From Thecamonas trahens ATCC 50062 (Eukaryota > Protista > Apusomonadida), in the NCBI RefSeq assembly GCF_000142905.1, contig NW_013657582.1:1-8297 (forward strand): a stretch of DNA of 8,297 bases, written 5' to 3'. The notes beneath the pieces are model-generated. The model worked only from the letters and a program-made list of their open reading frames with translations, did not search any database and was not told the DNA's origin. Position numbers and translations under genes: made by a program. Of this stretch, positions 5,910-8,297 are shown piece after piece; the first letter of the stretch is position 1; the number at the start of each line of letters is the position of its first letter.

Positions 5910-7613
5910 TCAGGCCACCGGCGGGGCCGGGGGCGGGGTGTAGGTGGCGTCAAACAGGTGGCAGCCAAGATGGTCGTAGCCGAGGCCGCAGACGGCGTTG
6001 ATCTCGCAGAGCGTCCGCTCGACCTCGTGGCATTTGCCTGGCGAGGGCGAGGAGCAGCCGACGTTAACAACGACGCCGCCCTGGAGGTCAACGAGCGGAA
6101 TCATGTCGTTGGAGGGGACGACGTTTGTGACAGCGGCATTGATGGCGGCAGCCGAGACGCCAAACTTGAGGCGCGAGAGGACGATGCCTGGCGAGGAGAA
6201 GGCGACGGCCGGGAGGGCATGGCGGGCGCCGACGATTTTGGCCAGCGCACCGCCGAGCGAGTGGCCGGTGAGAAGGAAGGAGGCTGAGGGATGGGCGGTG
6301 CGGTAGGAGGTGAGGTAGGCTTCGAGCGAACGGTAGTAGTCGCGCTTCGAGGCGACAACGGACGAGGGAAAGAGCTCGTGGATGAGCGAGCCGGTGTAGA
6401 CGAGGAGGGCGGTGGCGTCGCGCGGCCAGGCAGTGAGCGGGACGAGGAAGGAGATGCCCTGAATGGCGACGACGGACGAGTAGAGCGAGATGTCCTGGAT
6501 GAGGTCGATGAAGCGGTGCGGGATGGTGCCGCGGGCGGCGAGGACGTGCAAGTCGCGCGAGGGCGAGTGGAGGTGGACAAAGCCGACCCAGGCGTCGGGC
6601 GCCGACGCGCCAAGCTCGGTCCAGTCCGAGCTTGGTAGGACGGCGGCGAGGAGGTCTGAGCGCGACAAGTTCCAGCACGAGCCATAGCCTACAGTGGCGA
6701 TGTCTGCAAGGAGCGCGGTCTCGACAAGGTCGAGGCCATCGTTGCGAATGTGGCAGCCAGCGTAGCCGGGGCCGGAAGCGGCGGTTGCGCGGGAAGCGAG
6801 ATGATCGAGGTAGTCCTGCGGTGGTGGCGAGAAGGCGAGGAGCTCAAACTTGGAGTGGTCCGGGGCAAGGAAGCAGGTGTCGACGACGGCGGCCTCTTGG
6901 ATGTGGGTGCCGACGATGAGCAAGCCGAGGAGAACGAGGCCGCCGTACATGAGGGTGCGGTACCAGAACATAGAGAAGATTATGTGACGGCGCTCGGGAA
7001 TGGCCTGTCGCAGTTGGTCTTTGGACTTGACGGCGATAGTGAGATTGGCAAAAGCGACGACGCCGCAGCCTGCGGCGGTGAGCGCGGTAAGGTACGGCGA
7101 GGCGTGCGCAATGGAGGTGAGTGCGACGGTGACGGCCGAGGCGGCGGCGGCGGCGGCAACCGGGAGCGAAGCCAGGGGGTAGACAAGGGCGCGGCGCGGG
7201 AGCGAGCAGATCTCAAAGGCGAGCTTGAGGACGAGGTAGGCGATGACGAGCGCGGCAGTCGAGGCAGTGGTGACCACAAGGATGCAGGAGAGCGAGTGGA
7301 GCGGCGACTCTGCGCCAGCAAGGCGGAGGCCAATAGCGGCCGAGCCGAAGACGTGGATGGCCTTGAACCGGGCAGTGGCGCGCATCTCCCAGCCGTGGCA
7401 CTCACGGGCGGCCGACGAGTGGCCAAACCACTCGCGCTTGTGGGCAAAGAAGCAGGCGGCGATGTGGGCGACCTGGAGGGCGAAGAGGGCGACGACGGCG
7501 TAGATGAGGCCGGCGATCTGTGTCGGCCAGGCATCGACGGCGGCGAGGGCTGGAGCAATGAGAGTGGGGAGGGCAGCCATGGCAGCAACGATGACGGCAA
7601 GGACAAGCGGCGG
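5910..7613 (-). CDS. Multi-pass membrane class 3 lipase (Atg15-like catalytic domain), C-terminal reading frame
   Basis: Nucleophile elbow LTGHSLGG (GHSLGG at 6249-6266) followed by LPAVAFSSPG. VLAARGT flap/oxyanion motif, candidate Asp in NDMIPLVD and candidate His in KCHEV. Several long hydrophobic segments precede the domain. TGA at 5912-5910. This frame is open up to 7757 and is hydrophobic (PPLVLAVIVAA) before the Met at 7580. Confidence 0.88.
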   Translation of the reverse strand, partial: PPLVLAVIVAAMAALPTLIAPALAAVDAWPTQIAGLIYAVVALFALQVAHIAACFFAHKREWFGHSSAARECHGWEMRATARFKAIHVFGSAAIGLRLAGAESPLHSLSCILVVTTASTAALVIAYLVLKLAFEICSLPRRALVYPLASLPVAAAAAASAVTVALTSIAHASPYLTALTAAGCGVVAFANLTIAVKSKDQLRQAIPERRHIIFSMFWYRTLMYGGLVLLGLLIVGTHIQEAAVVDTCFLAPDHSKFELLAFSPPPQDYLDHLASRATAASGPGYAGCHIRNDGLDLVETALLADIATVGYGSCWNLSRSDLLAAVLPSSDWTELGASAPDAWVGFVHLHSPSRDLHVLAARGTIPHRFIDLIQDISLYSSVVAIQGISFLVPLTAWPRDATALLVYTGSLIHELFPSSVVASKRDYYRSLEAYLTSYRTAHPSASFLLTGHSLGGALAKIVGARHALPAVAFSSPGIVLSRLKFGVSAAAINAAVTNVVPSNDMIPLVDLQGGVVVNVGCSSPSPGKCHEVERTLCEINAVCGLGYDHLGCHLFDATYTPPPAPPVA

Positions 7614-8077
7614 GGAAGAGCCAGAGCAGCCGCCAGCGATCTCAACTTGCGGCGGGCGTAAGGATGCTCGTACGGCGAGAAGGAGTCGAGAGCGAGCGAG
7701 ACGACGTTGGAGACGACACGAGTGGCCGGGAAGGGAAAGAGGAGGACGAGGAGGAGATTAGCAGCTACAGTGACCGAGTCATGCGCAATGGCGGCCATGG
7801 AGAGCGAGGGCGATTTGTCGAGGAGAGGAAGGACCGAGACAAAAAACAGTTGCAAGAAAATATTAAGAGAGAGCGCAGCTGCAAGAGCCCAGACCGGAAT
7901 GAAAAAATACGTGTATGCAAGTCGGATGACGATGTGTGCCGTGGGCTCGGGGAGGCCTTCACGACGAGTGCCTCCCGGTGACGTCAGGTCGGACATGACC
8001 TTGGGCGACTTTGGTCCGCCGAGTGCCACCGTGAGCGAAGGGAATGCCTTTCGTGCTTGGAGCCGGGGTGACGCCAT
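7613..8077 (-). CDS. Probable N-terminal membrane-spanning part of the same lipase gene, in a different frame
   Basis: atcATGG at 8077. MASPRLQ... continues into TM-like segments (AYTYFFIPVWALAAALSLNIFLQLFFVSVLPLL; VAANLLLVLLFPFP). After ...SLAAALALP this frame turns into S/P/R-rich off-frame sequence exactly where the downstream frame becomes protein-like. Confidence 0.7.
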
Positions 8078-8091
8078 GATGAATGGCTGTA

Positions 8092-8165
8092 GTGGTGATG
8101 GTGGCCGTAGTGGTGGTGGTGGTGGTGGTGGTTGGTGGTGGTGAGGTGAGGTGCGGTGCGGTGAG
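8092..8165 (-). repeat. (CAC)n tract plus five 5-mers C(T/G)CAC upstream of the lipase ATG
   Basis: + strand shows (TGG)7 at 8111-8131 and GTGAG GTGAG GTGCG GTGCG GTGAG at 8141-8165. Confidence 0.85.
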
Positions 8166-8242
8166 CAGGTGATGTGGCGGAACTCAAGCTCCACGGCTGT
8201 CATGATGAGTTTGAGGGATGATTGGTGCGTCGGATGTGGCTA

Positions 8243-8279
8243 GGAGGAAGGGGAGAGGGGGGGAGGGGGGGGGGGGAGG
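8243..8279 (+). repeat. Polypurine G-tract (C-tract on the lipase sense strand)
   Basis: ggaggaaggggagagggggggaggggggggggggagg read directly. Confidence 0.85.
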
Positions 8280-8297
8280 TTATCCACCTTGTTGTTG

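Noticed and set aside
1305-6091. Long antisense ORFs (1305-2606, 3005-3991, 3885-4646, 4916-6091)
   Set aside because: Stop-poor shadows of GC-rich coding sequence, S/R/A/P-rich with no motifs.
6980-7612. S/P/R-rich C-terminal half of the 407-aa - strand ORF as a real overlapping protein
   Set aside because: Its composition is what an off-frame reading of the Ala/Val/Leu-rich lipase frame produces.
6750-7661. 303-aa + strand G/D/E-rich ORF
   Set aside because: Antisense shadow of the hydrophobic lipase codons.
7979-7986. Second TGACGTCA palindrome
   Set aside because: Lies inside probable coding sequence with no positional support for a regulatory role.
8078-8203. Upstream in-frame ATG at 8203 (MTAVELEF...HHHQPPPPPPP)
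   Set aside because: The extension is mostly translated (CAC)n repeat and ATG 8077 is in a good context. It is not formally excluded.

Overview
Compact, GC-rich eukaryotic genomic DNA (spliceosomal GT-AG introns, very short intergenic spacers, long G/C homopolymers, one 171-nt N gap), most likely a draft protist assembly. It holds four protein-coding genes. On the + strand: the last exon of TAF9 (95-528), a two-exon RPB5 (824-890 + 1372-1943, 212 aa) and an apparently single-exon UFD2/UBE4-type U-box ligase (2157-5888). On the - strand, converging with only 21 nt between stop codons: a polytopic membrane protein with a C-terminal Atg15-like class 3 lipase domain (about 8077-5910), whose frame breaks near 7612-7615. 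Three genes are conserved housekeeping genes. The least ordinary elements are the multi-pass lipase and its frame break, two VBM-like motifs in UFD2, and recurring non-coding motifs (G-rich introns, CTCAC branch-like sites, TGTAA at 3' ends, C-tract/(CAC)n leaders). I see no mobile element, RNA gene or CRISPR array, and no clear multi-gene novel system.
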